Below are positions 13,440 through 24,963 of a DNA stretch of 64,000 nt, in pieces. Under the pieces are notes generated by a model, which worked only from the letters and a program-made list of their open reading frames with translations, searched no databases and was not told where the DNA came from. Every line of letters starts with the position of its first letter. Position 1 is the stretch's first letter. The position numbers and the translations under genes were made by a program. Source of the DNA: Azolla caroliniana (taxonomy: Eukaryota; Plantae; Polypodiophyta); assembly GCA_043228905.1 (NCBI GenBank), contig JBHGNT010000001.1, positions 24,118,001-24,182,000 of the forward strand, given 5' to 3'.

Positions 13440-15639
13440 TATTACCGTACGAGATGTATGGAGAGTCAAGTATGATGAGCAAGGGTGGAATGCTATAATG
13501 TTGTTGATGTGTATGTGTAAATGTAAGTGTAATTGTGAGTGTGAGTCAATACGTATGTGAACACCTGCACACGTGTGTGCATGTGGACATATACGAAGAG
13601 GTGTGAATGAGTGATTAGTGTGAATGGACAAAGGGGCTTGTACCCCTGTGTATCTACCCTTTTGTAACTATTTAACCCCTTATGGGGAATGAATGAAGAA
13701 GGAATAGTTCTTTCTCAATCTTTCTCTCTTGACACCTCTCTTTCTCTCTCTCTCTCTCTCTTCCTTCTCCTTTATGTTGAACCCCTTGGGAGAGGGGTGG
13801 AGCTATTCTAGGCGCCACTCCCCACCCCGAAATGCCTATCAATCTCCATCACCATCAACCCCATAACATTCATTTCCATCGTCATCACACATACCATTAC
13901 CATTCATCATCATCATCGCTAACCCTATTCCTATCTTTACCATTATTATCATCCCTAACCCTAAAACCTACAACACTATTTTGGCACGCCCTACGGCCGA
14001 CCCCCCTTGGAGAAGAAGTTAAAGAATGATCCGTAGTGGCAATATGTGCGGGAAATGGGAGCGGGAATTGGCAGATTGATTGTTGCATGATTTTACTATG
14101 AATGAAGGTCTATTCAGGTATTTTTTGTTGGTATGTGTTGAGTTTGTTTGGCACAGATCTTATAAAAAAGTAGCAGAGAAAGAAAAGAGACGACGGTGCC
14201 AACAACAATGAATGTATCTCCAAGAAGAAGAAGATGTTCCATATCCATTTGGCGCATATTTGATTGCAAAGAAATCTGAAGACAACGTATGTGTGGGAGT
14301 GCCAGAAATGATGACGTTGTGTGAGGGTGTGGTTAGCGATAATGTGCGTGTTTTCGAAACCATGGTGAAAGATGCACGGCCAGACAAACAACGATGGAGA
14401 AGGAACTAGCAAAGAAACTCCGAATACAAGTAACATAGAGGGAACCAGTGCCAACATGACCAGAAAGAGAAGCCCACCAGCAAACTGCGGAGGAAGAAGC
14501 AATGTGTGGAGCAGATGTCGGCCGGATGTGTTGAGAATGCATGAGAAATGGTTCCAGAAGAAATAACGCGGAGACAACTGGAACTGGAACCGGCAAAAGA
14601 AAGCCATTAGGTTAACATAGAAGGGCCGAAGCAAATGGAGAAGGAGACGTAGACGTAGACGCAGACCGACATACATCGACGACCAGAAAAATGAACAACG
14701 CCAAAAAAACACAACCTGGACACATCGAATAGTTGGACCGCACAAACACACATATACAGACACCGCTACACTAAACAGAGAACGTTGGCCTAATAGTGGC
14801 TGGAGCGATGATGGCGGCTCGACAACCAATGGCAAGAACGATGATGACACCGATACAAGACTGGAGAGACACAACCGGAAAGACACCGGTCGGAGACAGG
14901 GTCAGACAAACAGTGGAAAGCGGCAAACAAGCAACGACGACCAAAGTGGTAGCCAACGAAAATGGTCGGAGATGGGAGCAACGAAACAACAGCCAAACCG
15001 ACTGCCGGATGGAAGACACGGACAACACCGAATGATGTCGAACCAACAAAGACTAAGACAGAGATGGTCGGAATGGCCAAACAACCAATGGCCAAGAGCA
15101 ACAAGGGATGATGGCCGAGACAATTACGAAGAGCGACAGAACCGGGCTGATAGACGGAGCCGGCCGGACTGGACGAGCCAGACAAACAGAGACGTCAGAC
15201 ATTGGTGGAGACAGAAATATCAAACGAAGACCGAAATGGGCCGGACAGACACGACCAAAAAGAGATGAGCCTAACAAAGACAGATCGATGGCCAGCCATG
15301 CGTCGAACAACAGACGGTCCGGATCAGTCGAACACAACCGGATCGAACAACGAAGAGCAACCGAAGTGGCCAAACAACAACCAAAGAGTGGTCGGATTGG
15401 CTGGAGTGACCGGAGAACGACCGACGAGCTGCCAAAGCGGCTTGAATGGTAGAACATCGGTCGGAGTGGCCGAACGACACCGGAATGGAGGCGGCCATAC
15501 TAGACAAACGGACGACGACCGGACGACCAATGTTCAGACAACATTGGAAACGACGACAGAGACCAACGTGTTATGTAAACATAACGTAGGTGAGGGTAGG
15601 TGACTAATATTTTACATAAGTGAAGGGTATGCTCACTAA
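13440..15639 (+). mobile_element. Probable gypsy (Tat/Athila-type) LTR at about 13440-13975 with PBS TGGCACGCC and unidentified internal sequence
   Basis: The start TATTACCGTACG...TGTATGG and its PBS resemble the element at 40068 (TATTACTCGTATAGGTGTATGG; PBS TGGCACAGCC). No recognisable pol. Confidence 0.5.
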
Positions 15640-18600
15640 TGTTAAAAAGGGGACTAATGTGATTGGATAGAAGGAATGATAGATGCATGCACTATCATGA
15701 TTTGGACAACCAATGAATGGAGAGCCTTTTAGAAAGGCACATCTATTCAAGGGGCCTAGGAAAAGGTATAAATATGAGGCTTAACTACCCTCATAAGCAC
15801 ATTACGTCGAAAGGTTGCTGTCTTAGACACTGGTGGTGCGGGCTAGGCTTTCATCTCGGCAATCGTGTAATCTCTTCCAAGGTATTAGTCATCCTAATAT
15901 CTAGCGATATGGGACATCAGTGGTAGGTTGCCTATGTCTAGATTATAGCTCGGGGGTGGAACGAGTTCTTCTATCCAATCTATTTTCCTTCTTTTTACTT
16001 TATTTTGGTCTATTGATTTGTAATAGACTCTTAACAGTGGTATCAGAGCATTTACTAACATTTTTGTTGTTGTTGTTTTGATGTTTTTTGCGTGTGAGCG
16101 ATGGGGATCTAACAAGGCTCGTCATGCTCTTCACAGGATCAAAACAACGTTCTTAACCCGGTATTCTTCTTTCTCGATCTCTTTTTTTTTCTATGATGCT
16201 TTCTTCTTGGTCATATGAAAGTGGTATTACATTTTCTTTTCTTTTCTTTCTTCTTTCTACCATGATACGATGTTAATCTACTTACACTTCGGGTCGAGCG
16301 TGTTTGCATTAATTGCACACGCTCAACTCATGGTCCTTTTGCATATTGTGATGTATCTCCCACTCTCCCTTCTCTTGAGCCATCTCTTACAGTAATAATT
16401 ATTCTTGTGCATCAGGTAAAGTGTGTTTGCCCTAATCGCACATGCTCACCTTATGGCCCTTTTGCATATGACGTTGAGTATGGCACCCTTCCCTTTATTG
16501 AGCTATCACTTGGCCGATTCTATGGGATGTTGTGGTCTTGACGAGGTATATGTCTATTACCTATGCCACTCTACTCTCTATTGAGCCATCACTTGGCCGA
16601 TTCTATGGGATGTGGTGGTCTTGAGGAGGTGCATGTCAACTACCCTAGGGTTTCTTACCTTATGGCATGCTTAATGTTTCATACACCTAATTGATTATTA
16701 ATCTACCTATTTTCTAATTACACAAGTTATCTTCTCCCTTTCTTAAGATTTTCTTATGATTTTCATCTACCCACCCACACTTCACTGTTTTTTTAACCTA
16801 AAATTTTATGTGCATCTACACTATTTATGTGTGTTTCCCTATTGGGTAACGATTTTGTGTAGTCTATTTTTTTCGTATTGAGTGGGCATCATGCCACTTT
16901 TTTAATATTTTTGTGTCCTTTAGGTTTAACTCATGTAATTGAGCCTTAGAACTCGATTAAAAACACATGAGTTCCCTTATTGATGTTTAAATACTCATAA
17001 ATTTGAGTAGTACATCTTTGTGCACAACACCACCACCATTTGTATCAACTTGTGGCTTATGTCACAATTGTGCACATTACAATCGCCATATTGGGATGGA
17101 TATGTGCATACCTCGCACCATCCATTTATTGGTGGTATTTTGGTTTAGTAGACAACGCATGGTTTTTGAACCTTGTTTTCGTCACTTCTGGACTCTTATA
17201 GATAGCGATTTCTTTTTCTTTTTTTTCATAACATTTGCTTGCTACTCCCAAGACTAGAATATATACTTGCAAGTGCACTTGTTTTTGCATGTAATACACT
17301 TTCTCGACCATATCAATACATGTTGAGTTGACATTTTAATATAAGGCTAACTAGGAAATTACATTGATGCTAGAACCATCGTTCAGCCTCGGGGAGCTGC
17401 CATGATTATTCAAGATAGAGATCCAAGAAAGACATATTTGCTATGTTTTCCCCCATGGTTTTTAAAACACCATAGCGTTACCATAGTTATCGGATCTCGA
17501 ATCACATCTCATATGTCTAGAGGGGTAAAGACGTGAGATGCTTCTTGGATAAAGTTCTTCCAATCCAAGTTTCAAGCGTCCATTTTGCTTGTGTATTTTC
17601 TGAACCTCCTTATGTATATTGCGTACACACAACTTGCATCATGGAACAAGTTTTGAACACGGTTGGAGTGATCTCTCCGACTGAGACCTCTCAACTCCAA
17701 TCCGCATCTCACACACAAGCTGAGATCACTATTGAACAATTGCTCACTACTACCTTGAATCAATTGGCCGAAATGAGGCAAGCCAATATGGCTTTGGAAA
17801 AGAAATTCCAAGAATTGACTATTGAGTCCAAGAAAGATGGTGAACCTTCTTTCTTAGTCACACCATTCAAGGGAGATAAGAAAGAAAGAACCGAGAAGGC
17901 CATTAACACTTGCTTTGGTCGTTGAGAGTCTCACTTTGAACTCCATCCCAAGCCTAATGCTATAAAAATCGGTTATATCGGTCGTGAGTTAAGTGGCCAA
18001 GCTGCTGCTTAGTGGCGCGGCCAAAGGACCGCAAAGAACTTAACCACAACTTGGGAAGGTTTCATCGATGTTTTTAAGAAACGGTTCTTGCAGCCACCTT
18101 CTCAAACCGAACAAGCACAAAACTTGCTTGTCGAGCAAGACATTTACCTCTCTCGAGGATTAAGTGCATCATGCTCGAACCCAGATCCAAAAATCAAGAC
18201 TTACAGGTGAGAAATGGTTTGTCGTTTGTTTTTTGAATGGTATTCCCATGGGGATTACCATTGGATTGTCCATGACAATGACCCCACAACTTTCGAGGAA
18301 GCCGTCAACACTATACTTTGGTACCATAGGACTTCCAAGAAAGACCACAATAAACCTGAGTTCGCCAAAACTCCGAATGTCAAGTTCATTGGGAAACGTA
18401 AGCAATCCAATGACATTCTTGATTGCGACTCAAAGAAACCGAACCTCTTTTGTGCATATTCCAAGAAGCCGGGCCACACAAAGGATACATGTCGTCGTCT
18501 TGAGAGGAATTCAATGAACACCCCTCCTCAAGATAAATCTACTAGTCACACAAATGAGTCTTTTGATGTTATTGAAGTTCATACCAACCACTTAAGTGCA

Positions 18601-20023
18601 TGTGAATGCACTTTTCCTTCACATTTACTAGGACCTAATGATTTACTCCAAGCAGTCGGGTATATCAATGGAACACAAACACATTTCTTGTTTGATTTTG
18701 GTAGTTCTCACAATTTTCTTAATGATCACTTGGTGCCACAAATGCAACTCCACATAAACGCAAGTCATCATATCTATCAAGTTCACATGGCAAATGGAGG
18801 CGTTCAATACATTAGTGGCATTGTTTGTCAACTGCCAATTCAAATAGATACCTATCTGGAGAAGCTTGACTTTCATGTTATGAAACTACAATCCGCATAT
18901 ATTATTTTAGGATGTAACCCTTGGTTTTTTAATAAAACCCCTTTTTTGTCCATTGATTGGGATTAATTACTCAATGACATTTTGTTGAGCGGCAAGCTCA
19001 ACCGGAGCTGGATTGGCTAAATAAGCCTGAGCCGGTAAGCGAGATGAATCGGTATGCCGGTGAGCAATCGAGCTGGTAAGCAGTAAGGACCGGTGAGCTG
19101 GGGAGCCGGTATGCCAGATCCAATCCATAACCGGAAGCCTAGTATAGGTTAGACTACTAGGCAGTTATAGTCTCGTAGTTAGTGTCAAATGCTCGTGTGA
19201 GCATTGAAGTACACCGTACTTCTAACAGTCCCATGTGGACTTGTATAAATAGCGTTGATGAGCGCGTTGTAGATACAGAGCACAGAGTATTCATATAATT
19301 TTGGAAAATAGTGTGTCTTGCTCTCTCTCTCTCTCTCTCCCGCGTACTCTCTGTCTCTCTTTGTGTATTGTTCTTTCTAATGCTTCCGTAAGCAATCTTT
19401 AACATGGTATCAGAGTGCGTGGGTTGAGAACCTCTGCTGCAGACATCTACGCTTGTGAAGGAAACCCTAATAGATCGGAAAGTAGACACAAAAGGAGAAA
19501 TGGACAGAGGTATGGCTACGTCACTCCCAATGGAGAAGCTCGACAGAACCAACTACGCATCTTGGTCATACAAGATGCACCAGTACCTGCTTGGGCATGG
19601 CTATTGGAGTTATGTCGACGGAGTGAATGACTCAACACCGGAGACGACACACAAGGACTTCCCAGTGTGGGAACAGGCGGCAAGCAGGGTGATGTACTGC
19701 TTCGTGTCTAGTGTCGGTGACTAGCTGCTCAGCCATATCCGTGACGCCAAGACACCGAAGGATGCTTGGGGAAACTTGGAAAAGGTTTTCGCCGCAAGCA
19801 CCACTACCCGGAAGTTGCAACTCAGACAGGAGTTGAGCAATGTTCGACAGAATAACATGTCGGTGGCAGATTACACAGCCCGGATCAACTGCGTATCTCT
19901 GTCAGAAGGGACAAGGAATAAAGCGATTTGATTAGGGATGGGAACTATAAAAAGGAAAGGAGAGAAGGGAGAGAGGTATCGTGCGTTGGCGAGGACGAAG
20001 GGTTGCTGCAGAACTGAGTGTCG

Positions 20024-20070
<47 letters not shown>

Positions 20071-20333
20071 AGAATCGTCGTTCTCTGCGGGTGTCGGGAA
20101 TTCGCTGCCCATGCTTCGTGGACAGCCCGTGTGCTTCCAGCAGAGGCTCTGCCCTCTACATTTTTGGGGTCTAGTGTGTTCCGTCTGTGTGCATGAGTAG
20201 GGTTCCCGTGTCGAGTCCATCGCCGGCTCGCCAGTTGTAACCGTCAGAGTTTGTAATCTCTTGATATTGTAATCGACTGTTATTGTAATCCAGGGTTCCG
20301 TTCGTTCTCTTCCTTCTCGCTTCCGCGTATTTG

Positions 20334-20389
<56 letters not shown>

Positions 20390-22190
20390 TGCATCTCTCT
20401 CTCTCTCGCTCCTCGGTTCAAGGCCCCCGTGGTCCCGCCTCTTTCTCCACGCACGCGCGTAACAACGTGACACCGGACCGGACAAGGAGCGCGAGCAAGG
20501 CGAAGCGACGCCAGGAGAAGTCGGTTGGAAGAACCGGCTGCCACAAAGGTTGACACTACGACCCTACCTCAAGTTGAGCTTGAGGGGGAGTGTTGAGCGG
20601 CAAGCTCAACCGGAGCCGGATCGGCTGAATAAGCCTGAGCTAGTAAGCGAGATGAATCGGTATGCCAGTGAGCAACCGAGCCAGTAAGTAGTAAGATCGG
20701 TGAGGTGGGGAGCCGGTATGCCGGATCCAATCCGTAATCGGAAGCCTAGTATAGGTTAGACTACTAGGCAATTATAGTCTTGTAGTTAGTGTCAGATGCT
20801 CGTGTGAGCATTGAAGTACACCGTACTTCTAACAGTCCCGTGTGGACTTGTATAAATAGCACTGATGAGCGCGTTGTAGATACAGAGCACAGAATATTCA
20901 TATAATTTTGGAAAATAGTGTGTCTTGCTCTCTCTCTCTCTCTCTCTTCCGCGTACTCTCTCTCTCTCTTTGTGTATTGTTCTTTCTAACGCTTCCGCAA
21001 GCAATCTTTAACACATTTGAAGTTAATAATTGTAAACATTTTATTCAATGTTCCAAACTTCCTTCTCGTTCACTTGTGTCTTCTAAATCTTTAAGTGAGG
21101 ATTCTAGTTCATCAATTTATTCGTGTGTAATTGATCCTGTGCTTCAATTTTATGATTTTAATATTGATGCCACACAATTACCACATTATGAACGACAATG
21201 ACTCGACTCTATTTTAAACGATTTTCAAGATGTGTTTCCTAACGAATTGCCGCTTACTTTACCACCAAAACGTAATGTGGACCATCAGATTGAACTCTCC
21301 CTAGTGTTGTGCCTGTGAGCATTCCACCTTACCAACTTAGTTTATTACAAGAGGATGAGATCGCTAAAAAACTTAAGAAATACTTGAGTATGGGCCACAT
21401 TAGGTATAGTAAATCACCTTGGGGTGCGCCAGTTCTGTTAGTTACGAAGAAGGAAGGTTCATGGCTAATGTGTATCAATTATCGCCGTTTGAATAAAATG
21501 ACAATTAAAAATGCATATCCATTACCTCATGCCAATGATTTGATTGATCGTTTGCATGGAGCCCGATATTTTACGAAAATTGACTTACGAACAAGTTATC
21601 ATCAAATTTGCATTGTGGAGGATGATATTCCTAAAACCGCTTTCTGTACGCGCTATAGCCATTATGAGTTTTTAGTCATGCCTTTCGGGTACACTAATGC
21701 TCCAGTCACATTCCAACAAGCGATGAATGACGTTTTCTAAGATCAACTCGGTGATTTTGTTGTCGTCTTCTTGGATGATATTCTGATATATAGTTGTACC
21801 TTGCAAGATCATGTTCAACATGTTCAATTTGTTTTGGAAAAGTTGCATGACAACTCTTTCTATGCAAAACATTCAAAATGTGATTTTTTCCAAAAATCTA
21901 TTTTGTACCTAGTTCATTTAATTATAGAAAATGGCATTGAAATTGAACCTTCTCATATTGAAAAGTTAAACTTTGGCCCATTCCTCGTAATATTTGTGAA
22001 CTTCAATCATTCTTAGGATTTGTTGGATTTTTACAAAAATCAATTTGTAATTATTCTAAATTGACTACGCTATTAACTGACCTTTTAAAAGGTCATCCAC
22101 GTAAGTCTGTCAAACCAATTTCATGGAATGAACAACTTGACAAATCATTTGAGACACTCAAAGCGCATGTGTGCCAGGCTCCAACTCTTC
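15640..22190 (+). mobile_element. Degenerate Ty3/gypsy (chromovirus-like) element F: 5' LTR about 15640-16036, PBS 16038-16049, long leader, gag-PR 17641-18966, RT about 21200-22190, 3' truncated
   Basis: TGTTAA...TTAACA followed by TGGTATCAGAGC. Zinc knuckle remnant CAYSKKPGHTKDTC, protease LFDFGSSHNF, and RT motifs [10 protein letters not shown]...INYRRLN, FLVMPFG, LDDILIY. Confidence 0.85.
18983..21013 (+). mobile_element. Non-autonomous copia-derived LTR element G (2031 bp): LTRs 18983-19404 and 20591-21013, PBS 19405, partial gag, PPT 20581-20590
   Basis: Highly similar LTRs (TG...CA). Perfect 5-bp TSD CATTT at 18978-18982 and 21014-21018. No pol. Inserted in gypsy element F. Confidence 0.96.
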
Positions 22191-22558
22191 TAAAAGACTC
22201 AAGGAGGCTTTTAGTAGGATTGAATAAACTTGAAGTAGAAAAACGCAACTGAAACTACGCACAAAGGAAGAAAACATGAAGAAATTTGTTTTGCAGCAAC
22301 AGAAAAACACCACCACAGGTGGCGCACACGAACTGCGGATGGGGGGCATCACCTTGTTGTTCACTCGTTGCATTGCTACTCAAATGTTGTTTAGTTGCTC
22401 TGATACCATTGTTGGGTTCTTGTTTTGAATCACAAACTACCCCACTTTAGGATTATGAGAGTATTTATAGACAGGGGGAAAAAACCTCCTAAAGAGGGTA
22501 AAAATGCCCCTATAGTCCTAAGTGTGTTCACACACATTACTACTGAAATATATCAACA
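22191..22558 (-). mobile_element. Truncated LTR element fragment with a short LTR (about 22410-22558) and PBS 22397-22408
   Basis: GCTCTGATACCA followed by TGTTG...CAACA about 150 bp apart. Confidence 0.6.
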
Positions 22559-24444
22559 GTATATTGTCTTATGCTATACCTTAGAAATCGAGACAAATGG
22601 ACTAAAAAGGGAGAGCTTTGTCCCACATACGGAGTCTCAACGGTTCTAATATAATTGGTTTCCCCCTCACTTATCCCCAAACCATTAAAATTCATTTTTG
22701 AATTTGTCATCGACGTTAACATAATGGGAAAATTTGTTGGTGGTGAAGTGCCTTTGTTAATGTCGAACATGCTACTGATGGTGTAGTGCGAATGGAGAAA
22801 AGCAAAGAAAATACAACTTTTATAATATGTAAAATTTTGATTGAAGTGATCATTGGAAGAAAATGTGAAAAGAATAATCTTAAAATAATAACGAAGTATA
22901 CCTTAAATGGTAAGAGTTAAGTCATCGGTGATTCGGTAACAAAAGAGCAAGGATTTAAAACTCACGAAAAAGCTATAATGCATAAATGATGACATGGAAA
23001 CATAACTCGACATTCATCTTGTCAAAGTGGTTGTTATGGGCATAACATAACTTATCTCATGGTATTTTTTACCTTAGTTTTCTACCTGCATGGATAAAAA
23101 TATGAGGGACAATTGAGAATCTTAAGAAAAGAGGATTACTTTTAATCCTAAGGGTTCAAACAACCCTTAAGTGCCAAGTGTGAACTTGATTGTGGGCCTT
23201 GGGTCTAGTTGTAAATATGGGGCCTAACTAACCTCATCCGAGGATCATTCGATTATATCGAGAATGTAATATTATTGTGAGCTTGCATTCGTACCAAGTA
23301 TGTTTTGAAGCCCACAATGTAATTTTCAAGGCTCGGGTCCATCTTAATCCCTTCGCTTGAGGGTGTTTGGATGATCAACACCCTTCTTTTTTGTATCTTT
23401 ATTTTCTTACATATTTCCTTATCTTCATGCTTACATTAGACTATGCCTATCAATGGTGGTGCATGTTAACTGGAATATACCATTTTTATAAGGCGAGAGA
23501 GCTTCTGGAAAGCTATATAATGAACACAATAGCTCATTGCCGGGTTCACAAGCATTGGGATTCAAATGCCCATGCATCCACATCAAACCGAAACATGAAT
23601 TGCAAACCAAGGAAACATGCCCATTGATTTTGGACATGCCAAGTTAAAACTCAAGGATATCCCCCCAATTCTCTCGTAGTTTTTGACTTTTCTCATTGGA
23701 TGTAAAAATACCCTCATATTATAAAATCTCATGTAAAATTTTATCCAGTTTGTCAAAAGCATAATTGTAGTTCTGCAAGTATTTTATTCCGAACCAATTA
23801 AAAATCAATTGAATATGTTTGTATATACCTATGTAATAGTCTCAATCAAGATGTATGCAACTCTCGAAGAGAGAAGTTACAAAAAAGGCAAGTGGTGAAA
23901 CCCCTTGCAAGGTGAATTAGTTAGTCTTTTGATCCTCCCACTTTGCTCAATAGGAATGTGTTATTGGCATGATTGTCCACAAATAAAAACATTTGTTTTC
24001 CTATGGATTCTAGAGAGACATTATTTTGTATAAACCAAGCGGGCCATTCGTTGTCCACTAATGATAGGCACAATACGAAAGAAGTGAGTGGGAAGTTATC
24101 CTCAAGAGAACAACACGTCCATGTCCTTGCGGGGCATGTGGATATGTTCCTTTGTGAGGGGCCGGATCAAACTACCCCCCCATCTCTTACTACTCAGAAT
24201 TCATGTCGAGTAAAAAGTCGCGGATTCATAATTTTTTTTTGATGATCTACTTTGGCGTTTTCCCGCAAGCTAGCCACATCTCGGAACCTCGTGATTTGAT
24301 GCTCATCTAGTTGGGCCATATCATATGCTCAAGGTGAGCCACTCCACTCTTCTAAGTAAAAAGCTTGCTCTATATTTGTATGTAGGCGTGCATAAAAACC
24401 TTGCTCTATCTATATACATACATATATATGTGCATGCATGTATC

Positions 24445-24523
24445 ATGTATGTATGTATGTATGTATGTATGTATGTATGTATGTATGTAGAGGTAGAGAG
24501 AGTGAGAGTGAGAGTGAGAGTGA
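24445..24523. repeat. (TATG)n and (GAGAGT)n microsatellites upstream of BIO3-BIO1
   Basis: Read directly from the sequence. Confidence 0.9.
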
Positions 24524-24678
24524 AAGCAACACCAGCACCATCCATACCATCATCATCATGCATATGCATAATATGCAGGCGGCAGAACGAATACAGAGAA
24601 GAGAGGCTGCTTCGTCAGTCTAATAAGCCATCACCACATATTCCTCCAATCCAAGACGACATCCAGCACGAAAGAAAC

Positions 24679-24963
24679 ATGCCTGCTCAATTCAGACGCT
24701 TCTCCAAAAGGCTAATTCTGTCTGCTTCAGCTCACGGTCTATGGCGCCCAAGGTCTCTCTGCTCTTCCTGTATTGATCTCCCCCCTCTCGAAGCTTCCAC
24801 TCCATCCATCACAGTGTGGGGAGCAAACACAAACGTCGGGAAAACGCTTATCTCTGCAGGTCTCTCCCTATCGCTCCTATCATCTGGATCAAGTGTCTGC
24901 TACATAAAACCTGTTCAGACTGGTTTTCCAAAAGACTCTGATTCAGGTTTCGTCTTTAACAAG
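24679..24963 (+). CDS. BIO3-BIO1: BIO3-BIO1 exon 1 (presequence and DTBS P-loop)
   Basis: MPAQFRRFSKRL...VWGANTNVGKT...KPVQTGFPKDSDSGFVFNK|GT. Confidence 0.88.

Noticed and set aside
24325-24678. N-terminal extension of the ORF containing exon 1
   Set aside because: It translates microsatellites. The ATG at 24679 gives a plausible Arg/Ser-rich presequence.
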